This document shows, piece after piece, positions 32,252 to 41,901 of a stretch of DNA of 64,000 nucleotides. Every line of letters begins with the position of its first letter. Position 1 is the stretch's first letter. This stretch comes from Escherichia phage JS98. The position numbers and the translations under genes were made by a program. Location: the sequence record NC_010105.1. One strand, written 5' to 3'. The notes beneath the pieces were generated by a model, which did not search any database, was not told the origin of the DNA, and was given only the letters and a program-made list of their open reading frames with translations.

Positions 32252-32858
32252 TATTACGAAGGGATTCGATTGCTGCGATATCGTCCCATGAATTAACCTT
32301 TACGGCTAAATTAGGTTTAAAGTCGCGTTCACCACGGGCTAACCAATAAACTTGGATATCCATGAGAATATTAGATGCGGCGTCACAGTGGTGAGCCAAA
32401 TCGTCAACATAAAACTTAATGCGTTTACCGTATGTATTTTTAGCTCTTATGAACAGGTCTTCTTTTGATTCTGAATGACCACACATCAGAATCTCCTTGA
32501 ATGCGCCAGGGAACAAAGCATTCAAATTGAATTGTCTATTCAGCAGAGCATCAATTGAGTCGCCTAGCGCAGTCACGGCTACAAAATCGAAGTCTTTTTT
32601 GAGCTTGTTGATGTGTTTTAATGCGTCCATGTAAGGGGACAGATAACGAATAAAATCTGACTGGTTATATTTCTCGATTAAACGGGCGCCTAATTCGTCG
32701 TCACAATTAAACAGTTCGCCTGGAGATAAGAAACGTTCGTCCTGAATCATATTCAAAATATGTTCTAAAGGCAAATTATATTTCTGTGCGAAATAAGGCA
32801 AGCCGGACTGCCAACTTAAACATACTCCATCGATATCTGTTAAGATAACTGGTTTCAT
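32220..32858 (-). CDS. HAD-superfamily phosphatase/nucleotidase-like protein
   Basis: N-terminal motif I ILTDIDGV (DxDG) typical of HAD hydrolases; 212 aa. Confidence 0.6.
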   Translation of the reverse strand: MKPVILTDIDGVCLSWQSGLPYFAQKYNLPLEHILNMIQDERFLSPGELFNCDDELGARLIEKYNQSDFIRYLSPYMDALKHINKLKKDFDFVAVTALGDSIDALLNRQFNLNALFPGAFKEILMCGHSESKEDLFIRAKNTYGKRIKFYVDDLAHHCDAASNILMDIQVYWLARGERDFKPNLAVKVNSWDDIAAIESLRNNAAVEWIARG

Positions 32859-33322
32859 AATAAATCTCTCAATTTGTTTAGGATGTCGATAAACTCTTTT
32901 TCAGTTAGTATTGTATCACATTCTTTGAGGTGGCTTGCCATTGAATGCTTTAAAACCTTACCTTTAGTGGCTTGTAAAGCTTCTCGGAATCCTTTGTTCT
33001 GGAGCGCTGCTTCAAAATACGCACTTTCGTAAAGCTCTTTCCACGCTTCGGAATATCTTGAAAACGGGGTCCCAAGCCAGAACAACGTGCCACGGTCCTG
33101 AGCTCTAGCATAAGCTCGACCAGCTTTTTGCGCGTCTAACCCGGACATCCTAAATATACGTCTTTGTTGTTCAACATTTTTCACCTTACACCCTTGGAGG
33201 AATCCTTCGAGTCCACCAAATTGGATACCATCCATAACGAAAGGCCATTTAGCAAAGTTACTTAATGCACATGATGGCCACGGAAAGTTACTTCTAATTT
33301 CTAACTCAGACATCTTTGACAC
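32855..33322 (-). CDS. NADAR/YbiA-like (DUF1768-like) protein
   Basis: Motif LSNFAKWPF..DG...(13 aa)...EGFLQ..K resembles the NADAR core (SNF..P...DG...EhyFQ..K); 155 aa. Confidence 0.5.
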   Translation of the reverse strand: MSKMSELEIRSNFPWPSCALSNFAKWPFVMDGIQFGGLEGFLQGCKVKNVEQQRRIFRMSGLDAQKAGRAYARAQDRGTLFWLGTPFSRYSEAWKELYESAYFEAALQNKGFREALQATKGKVLKHSMASHLKECDTILTEKEFIDILNKLRDLL

Positions 33323-33521
33323 TTATAATTTCAACATCAGCCCAATAACCATAACCCGGCAGTCGGTCTTCAATGGATAAACCACCATCATGTTTAGGCA
33401 TTTTAATTGTCATGATATAAGGTTCTAAATGGTCCGCCGTATGAGGAGAAACATCAGTCACACGATAAGTCACTTCAACCATTTCCGTACCTAACAATTT
33501 CTGAATCAGTTTCTTGACCAT
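33306..33521 (-). CDS. Hypothetical protein (71 aa)
   Basis: ORF in compact minus-strand early array. Confidence 0.4.
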   Translation of the reverse strand: MVKKLIQKLLGTEMVEVTYRVTDVSPHTADHLEPYIMTIKMPKHDGGLSIEDRLPGYGYWADVEIISVKDV

Positions 33522-33522
33522 A

Positions 33523-33717
33523 TTATCCTCGCTTCAAACATTTGATTACAGACAATTCAGAACCCATGCGAACGTCTTCAGTGCCATCGACCCATAGGAC
33601 CGTGTAGGCTTCTTTAATAGTAGCATTACCCAATTTAAAAGCAGGTAAAACCTTTGAAATCATACCAGGAATACCTACACCTTTTAACTGAACGGTTTGT
33701 GATAAGAATAGTTGCAT
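33523..33717 (-). CDS. Hypothetical protein (64 aa)
   Basis: ORF in compact minus-strand early array. Confidence 0.4.
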   Translation of the reverse strand: MQLFLSQTVQLKGVGIPGMISKVLPAFKLGNATIKEAYTVLWVDGTEDVRMGSELSVIKCLKRG

Positions 33718-34004
33718 TAGAACCTCATCTGGAATCCATGTGATTTAACATTACCGCCGTAGATGTCAGAAGTATTGACTTCGCGGGCGACACTTGGGTC
33801 GATGTTAATATCGCGGTTGAGCTTAGTGATTGCTAGGGTGTCACGACCATTGACTGTACGGAATTCTACTGGACAAACCACATCAGCATAGGCCTTAATG
33901 GATTCACGAGTAGGCTGTTTGTCAGCAGGAACATCTTTACCTGCCTTAGAGAAAACAACTTCACAGAAATTTTTACGAGTATCGAAATAAGTGGTCATAA
34001 ACAT
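33717..34004 (-). CDS. Hypothetical protein (95 aa from Met with GAGGA SD)
   Basis: ORF track 33717..34037; internal Met preceded by SD chosen. Confidence 0.45.
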   Translation of the reverse strand: MFMTTYFDTRKNFCEVVFSKAGKDVPADKQPTRESIKAYADVVCPVEFRTVNGRDTLAITKLNRDINIDPSVAREVNTSDIYGGNVKSHGFQMRF

Positions 34005-34018
34005 AATATTTTCCTCAA

Positions 34019-34036
34019 AGGAGGCCGAAGCCTCCA
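34019..34036 (-). other. Hairpin GGAGGC-cgaa-GCCTCC between ORFs
   Basis: 6-bp GC stem with CGAA loop directly after stop of 34046..34411. Confidence 0.4.
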
Positions 34037-34045
34037 TTTTTAAGA

Positions 34046-34411
34046 TTAGATATCAAATTCATTCAGAACTACATCAAAGATTGCTTCCAGGTGTTCAGGT
34101 TTAGCACGGTTGCTCAGGATGTGACGAATCCAGGTTTTAACCAGAAGCTTACGATTATCACCGTTCCAGCAAGGATGGGTACCTAAATCACGTTGACGGA
34201 AATCATCATCCAAAGCGATTTTAAAAGTAGAACCTTCCATAGTGATTGAAACCGTGATACCATTTTCAAAGCGCATATAAACGTAGTTAGGAGTCATGCA
34301 CTGTTCGATTTCGCACACTGTGCCGTTGTTGTGTTTCCACAGACAAATAACTTCAGAAGAACCAGCGATACCGTTAGAAACATATTTACGTTCGAAGTTG
34401 ATGTAGTTCAT
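34046..34411 (-). CDS. Hypothetical protein (121 aa), PeSL-flanked cassette ORF
   Basis: Preceded by early promoter/stem-loop and a leader identical to that of the next ORF. Confidence 0.5.
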   Translation of the reverse strand: MNYINFERKYVSNGIAGSSEVICLWKHNNGTVCEIEQCMTPNYVYMRFENGITVSITMEGSTFKIALDDDFRQRDLGTHPCWNGDNRKLLVKTWIRHILSNRAKPEHLEAIFDVVLNEFDI

Positions 34412-34447
34412 TTTATTCTCCAGTTTGTTTTCGTATTATTTGGTACA
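34409..34447. repeat. 39-bp direct repeat, copy 1 (identical leader/RBS/start of two adjacent ORFs)
   Basis: CATTTTATTCTCCAGTTTGTTTTCGTATTATTTGGTACA identical to 34815..34853. Confidence 0.85.
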
Positions 34448-34484
34448 GGTCTATAATAACACAACCTGTACCAAAGTAAAACAT
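34412..34484 (-). promoter_or_regulatory. PeSL-like early promoter with 12-bp perfect inverted repeat (TTTGGTACAGGT...ACCTGTACCAAA)
   Basis: IR arms 34439..34450 and 34464..34475 flank a -10-like TATTAT; TTTTAC -35-like 17 nt upstream. Confidence 0.45.
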
Positions 34485-34817
34485 TTATTTCACAACATTC
34501 CAATTTTTCATATCAAGTTTACCAACTTTTTTCATCTGAGCAATCAGACGTTCAGCACGTGTACGGGCATTAACGTAATAGAATTCACCAATTTTGTTTT
34601 CTTCAATACGGCCAGTAATTACAGTTTTCAGTTCATAAATCCAACCTGTAAAGAAGTTGTGAAGCTCGATGGTAAATGTGAAATCAGTACCCATACCTTC
34701 AGTTGTTTCAACTTCGATGATATCACCTTCAACTGCAGTCAGGACCCACATGGTTTCTTGATATTCACCGTTGAAACATTTAGCTTTAACAGATGCGTTC
34801 AGGTTTACAGTTTTCAT
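34485..34817 (-). CDS. Hypothetical protein (110 aa), PeSL-flanked cassette ORF
   Basis: ORF with same leader as 34046..34411. Confidence 0.5.
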   Translation of the reverse strand: MKTVNLNASVKAKCFNGEYQETMWVLTAVEGDIIEVETTEGMGTDFTFTIELHNFFTGWIYELKTVITGRIEENKIGEFYYVNARTRAERLIAQMKKVGKLDMKNWNVVK

Positions 34818-34853
34818 TTTATTCTCCAGTTTGTTTTCGTATTATTTGGTACA
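34815..34853. repeat. 39-bp direct repeat, copy 2
   Basis: Exact copy of 34409..34447. Confidence 0.85.
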
Positions 34854-34887
34854 TGTCTATAGTATCATGCCTACCGGAGATGTATAC
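34818..34887 (-). promoter_or_regulatory. PeSL-like early promoter (GTATAC-N17-TACTAT) driving 34485..34817
   Basis: -10 TACTAT at 34859..34864 with conserved GCATGATACTATAGAC core. Confidence 0.4.
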
Positions 34888-34904
34888 CCTTTTTTTAAAG
34901 ATTT

Positions 34905-34931
34905 AGAAACAAAAATGGGACTCCGAAGAGT
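34905..34931 (-). terminator. Rho-independent terminator after 53-aa ORF (GGGACTC-ttcg-GAGTCCC + U-run)
   Basis: 7-bp stem, UUCG loop, ATTTTTGTTT on minus strand. Confidence 0.7.
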
Positions 34932-34939
34932 CCCATAAC

Positions 34940-35101
34940 TTATGCCTGAGGCTTACCAAAGCAAGCAGCATCTGCACGCAATACTGCACGAGCACGAGCT
35001 TGAAGCTTATCAACTACCTGATTGATACGCTTGTTGGACGCACGCTTGTAACCAGCGCGTTTAGAGGTACCGTCAACTACTTTAACTTCTTTCTTAGCCA
35101 T
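34940..35101 (-). CDS. Hypothetical small basic protein (53 aa, below ORF-track cutoff)
   Basis: Hand-translated MAKKEVKVVDGTSKRAGYKRASNKRINQVVDKLQARARAVLRADAACFGKPQA; followed by strong terminator. Confidence 0.4.
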   Translation of the reverse strand: MAKKEVKVVDGTSKRAGYKRASNKRINQVVDKLQARARAVLRADAACFGKPQA

Positions 35102-35453
35102 TTTTAAATCTCTTAAATTAGGATGCAGGACTTATTGACATTGCCTGCGCAAGCCCTCAAGGGGAACATAGGTTTTAGATATTTAACGACAGGATAACCA
35201 TAAACCTCGTCATCATAGCTCTTATCTGTTGCACACCGTTAGCTTAAAGGTTCCGGGTTCGATTTCTCGAGGATAAGATATATACTGATGGATATATAGG
35301 CCTTGAGGCGTACTCCCGATTGGCCATCACCTCGGGGTAGCATGCACTTGCCGCTATAAAATACATTCAAGAGGTACACCGTAAAACTGCTGGGGTCTTA
35401 AAACTATAATGATTCGCAAATCATTAATCAGACAGTTCGACGGCTCCTCGATT

Positions 35454-35702
35454 TTACTTCAGGGTAATAATAAAATGACGTACTGCTTTACGAGCTGCTG
35501 AAGCCAAAGGCTTAGCATATTTCAGTTCATCTTTTGCTTCCAGTTCAGCAGCCAGAGTAGCCTGAGCAGGATTAAGATGTTTGAAATAACGCAGGATTTC
35601 CAGTGCTTCGGCTTCAACATCAATAGATGCGCCGTAGTTTTCGTGACCGTTGTTCCAAGCGTTGCGTTGCAGTTCAAGAGCGTGATTCAGATGTTTGTTC
35701 AT
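35454..35702 (-). CDS. rIII: rIII lysis-inhibition accessory protein
   Basis: MNKHLNHALELQRNAWNNGHENYGASIDVEAEALEILRYFKHLNPAQ... matches T4 RIII; start at internal Met (ORF track to 35756); 82 aa. Confidence 0.82.
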   Translation of the reverse strand: MNKHLNHALELQRNAWNNGHENYGASIDVEAEALEILRYFKHLNPAQATLAAELEAKDELKYAKPLASAARKAVRHFIITLK

Positions 35703-35853
35703 TTTAAATTCTCGATTCGAGATAAAGATTGGTGGACACGTTCTTCTGAATTTCACTTCCTTTCGGCAAGTCTCTCAGTTGTAGTCCACCGCTTAGGATT
35801 AGCTAACCCCATACACCAGCAAAGCTCTGTATGACATTAGCCAATCCATATTA

Positions 35854-35861
35854 TTATTTAT
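35854..35861 (-). promoter_or_regulatory. Late promoter (TATAAATA on minus strand) between gene 31 and rIII
   Basis: Plus-strand TATTTATA directly after gene 31 stop. Confidence 0.4.
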
Positions 35862-35862
35862 A

Positions 35863-36186
35863 TCACTTATAAAGACACGGAATAGCTTTATAGTGACAGG
35901 TAACGAATTTCTGTTTAATTTCTTTAGGCTGTTTAATACCCAATGCAACTAAAGGATGTGGCACGTTAGCAATCTTACCAACAGGAAGTGGAGTCAAATC
36001 GCCTACTTCACAAAACCCTTCAGGGACATCAGGTCCTACAGAATAAATTTCACAAAGTTCAGGGATTTCACCTTGATGAAGTTTGCCAATAACGATACCA
36101 GATGCAGTAGTTTCTTCATCGCCAGCTTGTTTTGGTTCGGAAACGAGAATAACATATTCTCCGACCGCTTTAATAGGAAGTTCCAT
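35863..36186 (-). CDS. 31: Co-chaperonin gp31 (GroES analogue)
   Basis: 107 aa; [22 protein letters not shown]...[33 protein letters not shown] matches T4 gp31. Confidence 0.92.
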   Translation of the reverse strand: MELPIKAVGEYVILVSEPKQAGDEETTASGIVIGKLHQGEIPELCEIYSVGPDVPEGFCEVGDLTPLPVGKIANVPHPLVALGIKQPKEIKQKFVTCHYKAIPCLYK

Positions 36187-36244
36187 ATTTAATCCATGTT
36201 GTTTTGTTGATAGATTAATAATAACACGCTATTCTTAAAGCATA
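36187..36244 (-). promoter_or_regulatory. Putative MotA-type middle promoter for gene 31 (ATGCTTTA box, TATTAT -10)
   Basis: Minus-strand ATGCTTTA then TATTAT ~12 nt downstream. Confidence 0.35.
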
Positions 36245-36544
36245 TTACAGGACAAGCAGAGTTTCAGTCTGAAGCCCATTAATAGAAATCAGTTTATCGA
36301 AACGGAACGAGCGCCAGTCATTAACCTTGGTATCAAATACACGAATATAATTAACCGGTTCTTTATTAGCTTCTGGGCCCGGGGCTTGAATTTCTTTATA
36401 CGGGAGGAGGTCCAGGTCGCGAGTACAAGTCATACGACGAACACTACCATCCGCCTTTTCAAACAGAACTTCGTGAGTACCTACAGACAGAATAGTCTTG
36501 GCTTTTTCACGGAGCCGAATAGTTTCTTGTTCAGTTAAAATCAT
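36245..36544 (-). CDS. Hypothetical protein (31.1-like position)
   Basis: 99 aa ORF. Confidence 0.5.
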   Translation of the reverse strand: MILTEQETIRLREKAKTILSVGTHEVLFEKADGSVRRMTCTRDLDLLPYKEIQAPGPEANKEPVNYIRVFDTKVNDWRSFRFDKLISINGLQTETLLVL

Positions 36545-36546
36545 AA

Positions 36547-36780
36547 TTATTCCAGAATAGTTTTAATAGTGGTTGCATTACGCTCTTTTAGAGCTCTTAG
36601 TAGGCTATGGCAATTATCAAGAATAGGCACCGTTTTGTATTTCATGTTGGCATAGACCCACTCAGATTTATAGTACGATTTCCATCGAGAGAAAAAGTAC
36701 TTTTTGTATTCTACCGAATAGGCTACTAAGCTTTCACCTTTTGAATTCAGACCTGAAAACTTCACTAATCGAAATTTCAT
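36547..36780 (-). CDS. Hypothetical protein (31.2-like position)
   Basis: 77 aa ORF. Confidence 0.45.
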   Translation of the reverse strand: MKFRLVKFSGLNSKGESLVAYSVEYKKYFFSRWKSYYKSEWVYANMKYKTVPILDNCHSLLRALKERNATTIKTILE

Positions 36781-37325
36781 TATTCACCACAATAGTTTTG
36801 AATTGATTCCCAGTTCAGAGAACGGAGACCAGTACGGTTATACTGGATAACTTCGATGCCTGATTCACGGAGGATATCATCCCATCCTTCAGGATTTCGG
36901 TCATAGAGTTCAGCATAAACCAGCGTTTTAATTCCGGACTGCGCAATAGACTTAGCACAATCTGCACATGGGGACAGTGTCACATACATCGTAGCACCGT
37001 CAATAGAACTTCCTGTACGAGCTGCAAACAGGATAGCATTCAGTTCAGCATGGATTTCATTTTTGGATGACCACGCGGCATGAGCCATACGATGTTCTTT
37101 AAGAAGAATCGATTTATGGGACATTCGTGCCGTGTCATACACAACACGAGTCCAGTCCTGTTCCACTGCATGGTCGCAACAGTTAACACCACCAGACGGA
37201 GAACCATTATACCCTGTAGAAATAATACGGCCATTCTTTTCAATAACCGCGCCCACTTTCCATGAACAACATTTTGATTCCTGAGAAATCAGATATGCAA
37301 TCTGAAGATATGTACTTGCTTTCAT
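36780..37325 (-). CDS. cd: dCMP deaminase
   Basis: 181 aa; zinc-binding CDA motifs HAE...PCADC; matches T4 Cd N-terminus. Confidence 0.9.
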   Translation of the reverse strand: MKASTYLQIAYLISQESKCCSWKVGAVIEKNGRIISTGYNGSPSGGVNCCDHAVEQDWTRVVYDTARMSHKSILLKEHRMAHAAWSSKNEIHAELNAILFAARTGSSIDGATMYVTLSPCADCAKSIAQSGIKTLVYAELYDRNPEGWDDILRESGIEVIQYNRTGLRSLNWESIQNYCGE

Positions 37326-37555
37326 TCTACGAACACTCGCTGCGCTTCGACCAGACCATCAGAACCAAGTTTTAACTGGGTAATCTGGCTGACATTTTTA
37401 GGATTAACGATAACCAATACCGCACGTGGTGATTCCTGGATTACTCGCAGAGTTGCATCAGGAAAACGTACAGAAACCTTATTAATCAGGGCCTGAGCAA
37501 ATTCTTTAACTTTAACTTGAAACTGCTCTACAGTAATAGGTTGTTCGCTCAGCAT
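37322..37555 (-). CDS. Hypothetical protein (cd.1-like position)
   Basis: 77 aa ORF overlapping cd start. Confidence 0.45.
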   Translation of the reverse strand: MLSEQPITVEQFQVKVKEFAQALINKVSVRFPDATLRVIQESPRAVLVIVNPKNVSQITQLKLGSDGLVEAQRVFVE

Positions 37556-38109
37556 TAGATGGTCTCCAACTTAAGTTGTTTGGTAGTGGTAGCTTGGGTA
37601 ACGTCGCCTTTAACAATATAACACACTTGTTGGAACGAATTAGTCAAAAGCTCTTCGGCTTGACGGTCGGCTTGTTCCTTTGTGTTATGGCTAGAATGAA
37701 CTTCAATCTTACCATTTTTAACGATAAGCACTTTCCAATCCGCAGTGGCTTTTACTGGTTTAGGTCCACCATTTTCAGGAATACTCACCGAGGCCAGTGG
37801 ACGTACTACTTCAATAAAGTAATCGAATTCATGGCCAAAAAAGCCTGAGGAATTAAAAAGAACAGCATTTGCATCATCAGGATTACCTGTGATTTTGCTC
37901 GGGTCGACAAACATCATCTCGTCATATACACGAATTCGGCTTACACGTTCACGCCCATTATGGTAATCAATTTCAACTTCAAACGGATTCATACCTACAT
38001 ACTTGGCAAAAGCTGTATTGAGGCCATAAGCGCCGTTATTAGTGAATTTGTTTTTAGTGTATTCACTACCGAACTTATAAAACTTACGCTCTTCAAAGAA
38101 CTTGCTCAT
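37555..38109 (-). CDS. Hypothetical protein (184 aa from Met with GAGGA SD)
   Basis: ORF track to 38220; internal Met MSKFFEERKFYKF preferred. Confidence 0.45.
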   Translation of the reverse strand: MSKFFEERKFYKFGSEYTKNKFTNNGAYGLNTAFAKYVGMNPFEVEIDYHNGRERVSRIRVYDEMMFVDPSKITGNPDDANAVLFNSSGFFGHEFDYFIEVVRPLASVSIPENGGPKPVKATADWKVLIVKNGKIEVHSSHNTKEQADRQAEELLTNSFQQVCYIVKGDVTQATTTKQLKLETI

Positions 38110-38171
38110 TTCGATTTCCTCATTTGTTTCGGTAGGACTACTATACCACAGTCCTACCGTGATGTAAACAC

Positions 38172-38450
38172 TTAAATTGCTTCGACAACTACCGTTTGTT
38201 TCTGGAAGTCCATTTTGCATGAAATAGCTAAAATGTGGTTATCAATTTTAAACGGAACAATTGCAAATGCTGTACCAGGCGTGAGTTGGACAGTGATTGC
38301 ATCAACTGCATCTGGGAACATGATTTCCAGAATAGCAGACAAACGTCCGTGCACTTTTAATTCAGTCGACGTGTCGACAGGTTCGTATAGGTAATCAGAT
38401 ACAATCTGACTAAAAACCACTTTAACAATTTCAGAATAAGTAGGGAACAT
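38172..38450 (-). CDS. Hypothetical protein (92 aa)
   Basis: ORF. Confidence 0.4.
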   Translation of the reverse strand: MFPTYSEIVKVVFSQIVSDYLYEPVDTSTELKVHGRLSAILEIMFPDAVDAITVQLTPGTAFAIVPFKIDNHILAISCKMDFQKQTVVVEAI

Positions 38451-38457
38451 AATTACC

Positions 38458-38673
38458 TCAGTGTACTGTATGGACCTTCACGTTAACAATAAACCGGTCA
38501 ACGACTTCAGTCAGAGGAACGAACTCAACATAGTACTCACCTTTGTAACGTTCATTCAAATCGTTACGGAGAGCTGCTAGTGAATTAATGAGGGTAGGAG
38601 ACATATTAAGCCCTACCAGTTTCTGAAGCTCTTTATAAGCTTCTTCTTCAACTTCATGGTGTTTGTTATACAT
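38458..38673 (-). CDS. Hypothetical protein (start uncertain; ORF track to 38778)
   Basis: ORF; internal Met chosen to limit overlap. Confidence 0.35.
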   Translation of the reverse strand: MYNKHHEVEEEAYKELQKLVGLNMSPTLINSLAALRNDLNERYKGEYYVEFVPLTEVVDRFIVNVKVHTVH

Positions 38674-38862
38674 AATGTTTTTCCAAGAAGGCAAGGAGTT
38701 CTGGCGCTGATTTAAAAATACCACCATCGACCCTGTCTTCATCTCTATAGTCCATAACATCCAGGCCAATACGTCCATCAGTTAAAGGCCATACGCCGAA
38801 GAAAAAGCATTTACGTTTTTCAATTTCTTCGATTGTGCGAAAAATCTTTTCGATATTATTCA

Positions 38863-38863
<1 letters not shown>
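38666..38863 (-). CDS. Hypothetical protein (start uncertain; ORF track to 38893)
   Basis: ORF; start set at MNNIEKIF overlapping pseT stop. Confidence 0.35.
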
Positions 38864-40084
<1,221 letters not shown>

Positions 40085-40088
<4 letters not shown>

Positions 40089-40546
40089 ACACCAAGCTCC
40101 TTATAAAGCTCTTCACGGCAGGTTTTAAGGATTTTACCAGTTTCATAAGCAACACTTTCAGGAACATCGCCGAGGGTTACTGCGGATTGCATTTGACCAT
40201 GGCGCTTAGCTGCGTATTCAAAACTTTTTACTAGCTCACGAATACGTTCTTTTTCTTCATAAAGCGATTGGTTTTCTTTATAGCACGCCGTAACATCTAA
40301 GATTGAATTCCACACATCAGAAGGAATAGGTTTGGACAATTTCAACACTCGGCTCGGGAAATCATTCCATGGGGCATAGTATTCAACTTCTGTAATAACT
40401 CCACCTTTACATTCTGTAATAAAAAATCGAGCTTTACCTTCCAAAGGTGTTTTACGGCAAGAACCAATTCGGGCCAGATTTTGGAAGAATTCGTCTTTAC
40501 ACTTCATGATATTATTAGCGTTCTCAACATACCATAATATTTTCAT
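40085..40546 (-). CDS. Hypothetical protein (153 aa from Met with GAGGA SD)
   Basis: ORF track to 40582. Confidence 0.45.
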
Positions 40547-40713
40547 ATCCAATTCCTCAATTTTTATAATCCGTAGGAGCATTATACTCTGCTCCCAAGA
40601 GTTTGTAAACTACTTTCCAAAAATACCATTCATACACAGGCTGAACACGATACCAAAGCAAAAACATGCAGCACCGAATTTAAAAACATCCCACCCATCG
40701 ATACAGGCTTCAA

Positions 40714-41004
40714 TCATTTGCACTTCTCCTCTTTTAGTCCGGAACGATAATAACATAACATAGATTTCTGGTCTTGTACATATCTTTTTACGTCGTTCAA
40801 CCAAATACGATGTTCTTGGGAATCTTCAAACGGCATACCAACCCAAGCCTTACCGTCGATTACCTTAACCTGCCATTTAACATTATGTTCGGCAATAGGT
40901 TGTGGCCATGAAGGGTGGAGTTGTTGCTTAGGCGCTACAGGGATGTCCTGGGCACATCCAACTAACAAGCCAATAGATAACATTACAGCAGCCAATTTAA
41001 TCAT
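40714..41004 (-). CDS. Outer-membrane spanin (o-spanin, lipoprotein; PseT.2-like)
   Basis: Signal peptide with lipobox LLVGC; 96 aa; overlaps i-spanin 3' end. Confidence 0.7.
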   Translation of the reverse strand: MIKLAAVMLSIGLLVGCAQDIPVAPKQQLHPSWPQPIAEHNVKWQVKVIDGKAWVGMPFEDSQEHRIWLNDVKRYVQDQKSMLCYYRSGLKEEKCK

Positions 41005-41354
41005 TCTGTGATGCTCCTGAAGTCTTCTGTAAAGGAATCGAAGGACTTGTTGATTTGTTTTTCGACCAATCCTGGCTTACTTGCCACCACGTGCGCCTTC
41101 TTCGAATCTTTACGGAGCTTTTCATTTTCTGCCTTAATTTTATCCATTCGGGCATTCATTTCAGTAGTACGGAATTCAATATCCGAGTATTGACCACGAA
41201 GGTCCTCTACAGCTTCGGCGTTCTGTTTAGCTGTTTGCTGGGTTGTTTTCAGTTCTTCAGTTAATGTATCAATACGGCTTGATTGATACGAAATAAAACC
41301 GTAAGCACCTACTGCAATGGCTCCAGCTAAAAGGTAAATACTTAATTTAGACAT
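41001..41354 (-). CDS. Inner-membrane spanin (i-spanin; PseT.3-like)
   Basis: N-terminal TM helix (IYLLAGAIAVGAYGFI) then coiled-coil; 117 aa. Confidence 0.7.
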   Translation of the reverse strand: MSKLSIYLLAGAIAVGAYGFISYQSSRIDTLTEELKTTQQTAKQNAEAVEDLRGQYSDIEFRTTEMNARMDKIKAENEKLRKDSKKAHVVASKPGLVEKQINKSFDSFTEDFRSITE

Positions 41355-41842
41355 TTGGTAATAATCTCGATGATGTCATCACGTGACAGGGAGTTGATAA
41401 GAACCGTTTTAGGATTTTCACACTGAACTTTGTACGTTTCGAACATAAAACACAATTCTTCAGCGGTATGGTAAGGACTTGAAATGCCAAGGCGATTAAA
41501 CTTGTCGCTTAATGGGTCACAAATCAAATAAAAAGTGATTCCTGCGATTTTGACATTAGGTTGACTGATATTAATGAATACCTCAGCATCATACTTAGAA
41601 AGGTTGTTTTGGAGAAACTCCACCATAGAGTTAACAGCTTCAGGCATGGCTTCACGCTTTTCTTCTGCATAACGAGTAGAGTATTCTTTTTGCTTAATTT
41701 TCTTTTTAGCATTTTTAGCTAAAGTAACACGAAGATCGGTTAGGTAGCCTACTGCACGAGAACCTTTAAAAACTTGGATACCGTCAGTAGAGTCACCAAA
41801 AGCTTTAACAACCATTTCGTTGGTAATCATTTGCATATTCAT
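41342..41842 (-). CDS. alc: Alc-like protein (inferred from position only)
   Basis: 166 aa ORF directly downstream of rnlA, where T4 has alc (167 aa); own early promoter. Confidence 0.5.
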   Translation of the reverse strand: MNMQMITNEMVVKAFGDSTDGIQVFKGSRAVGYLTDLRVTLAKNAKKKIKQKEYSTRYAEEKREAMPEAVNSMVEFLQNNLSKYDAEVFINISQPNVKIAGITFYLICDPLSDKFNRLGISSPYHTAEELCFMFETYKVQCENPKTVLINSLSRDDIIEIITKCLN

Positions 41843-41901
41843 TTTGTTTTCTCCTCATTAGTTGGTAAGTCTATACTAACACATCATGAGGAGATGTAAA
41901 C
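41843..41901 (-). promoter_or_regulatory. PeSL-like early promoter (GTTTAC-N17-TAGTAT, AGACTTACCAACT)
   Basis: -35 at 41896..41901, -10 at 41873..41878, then GAGGAG SD. Confidence 0.5.

Noticed and set aside
35200-35300. Possible tRNA (GGTTCGATT T-arm-like motif)
   Set aside because: No acceptor stem, D-arm or anticodon arm could be folded around it; likely a chance match inside a non-coding tract.
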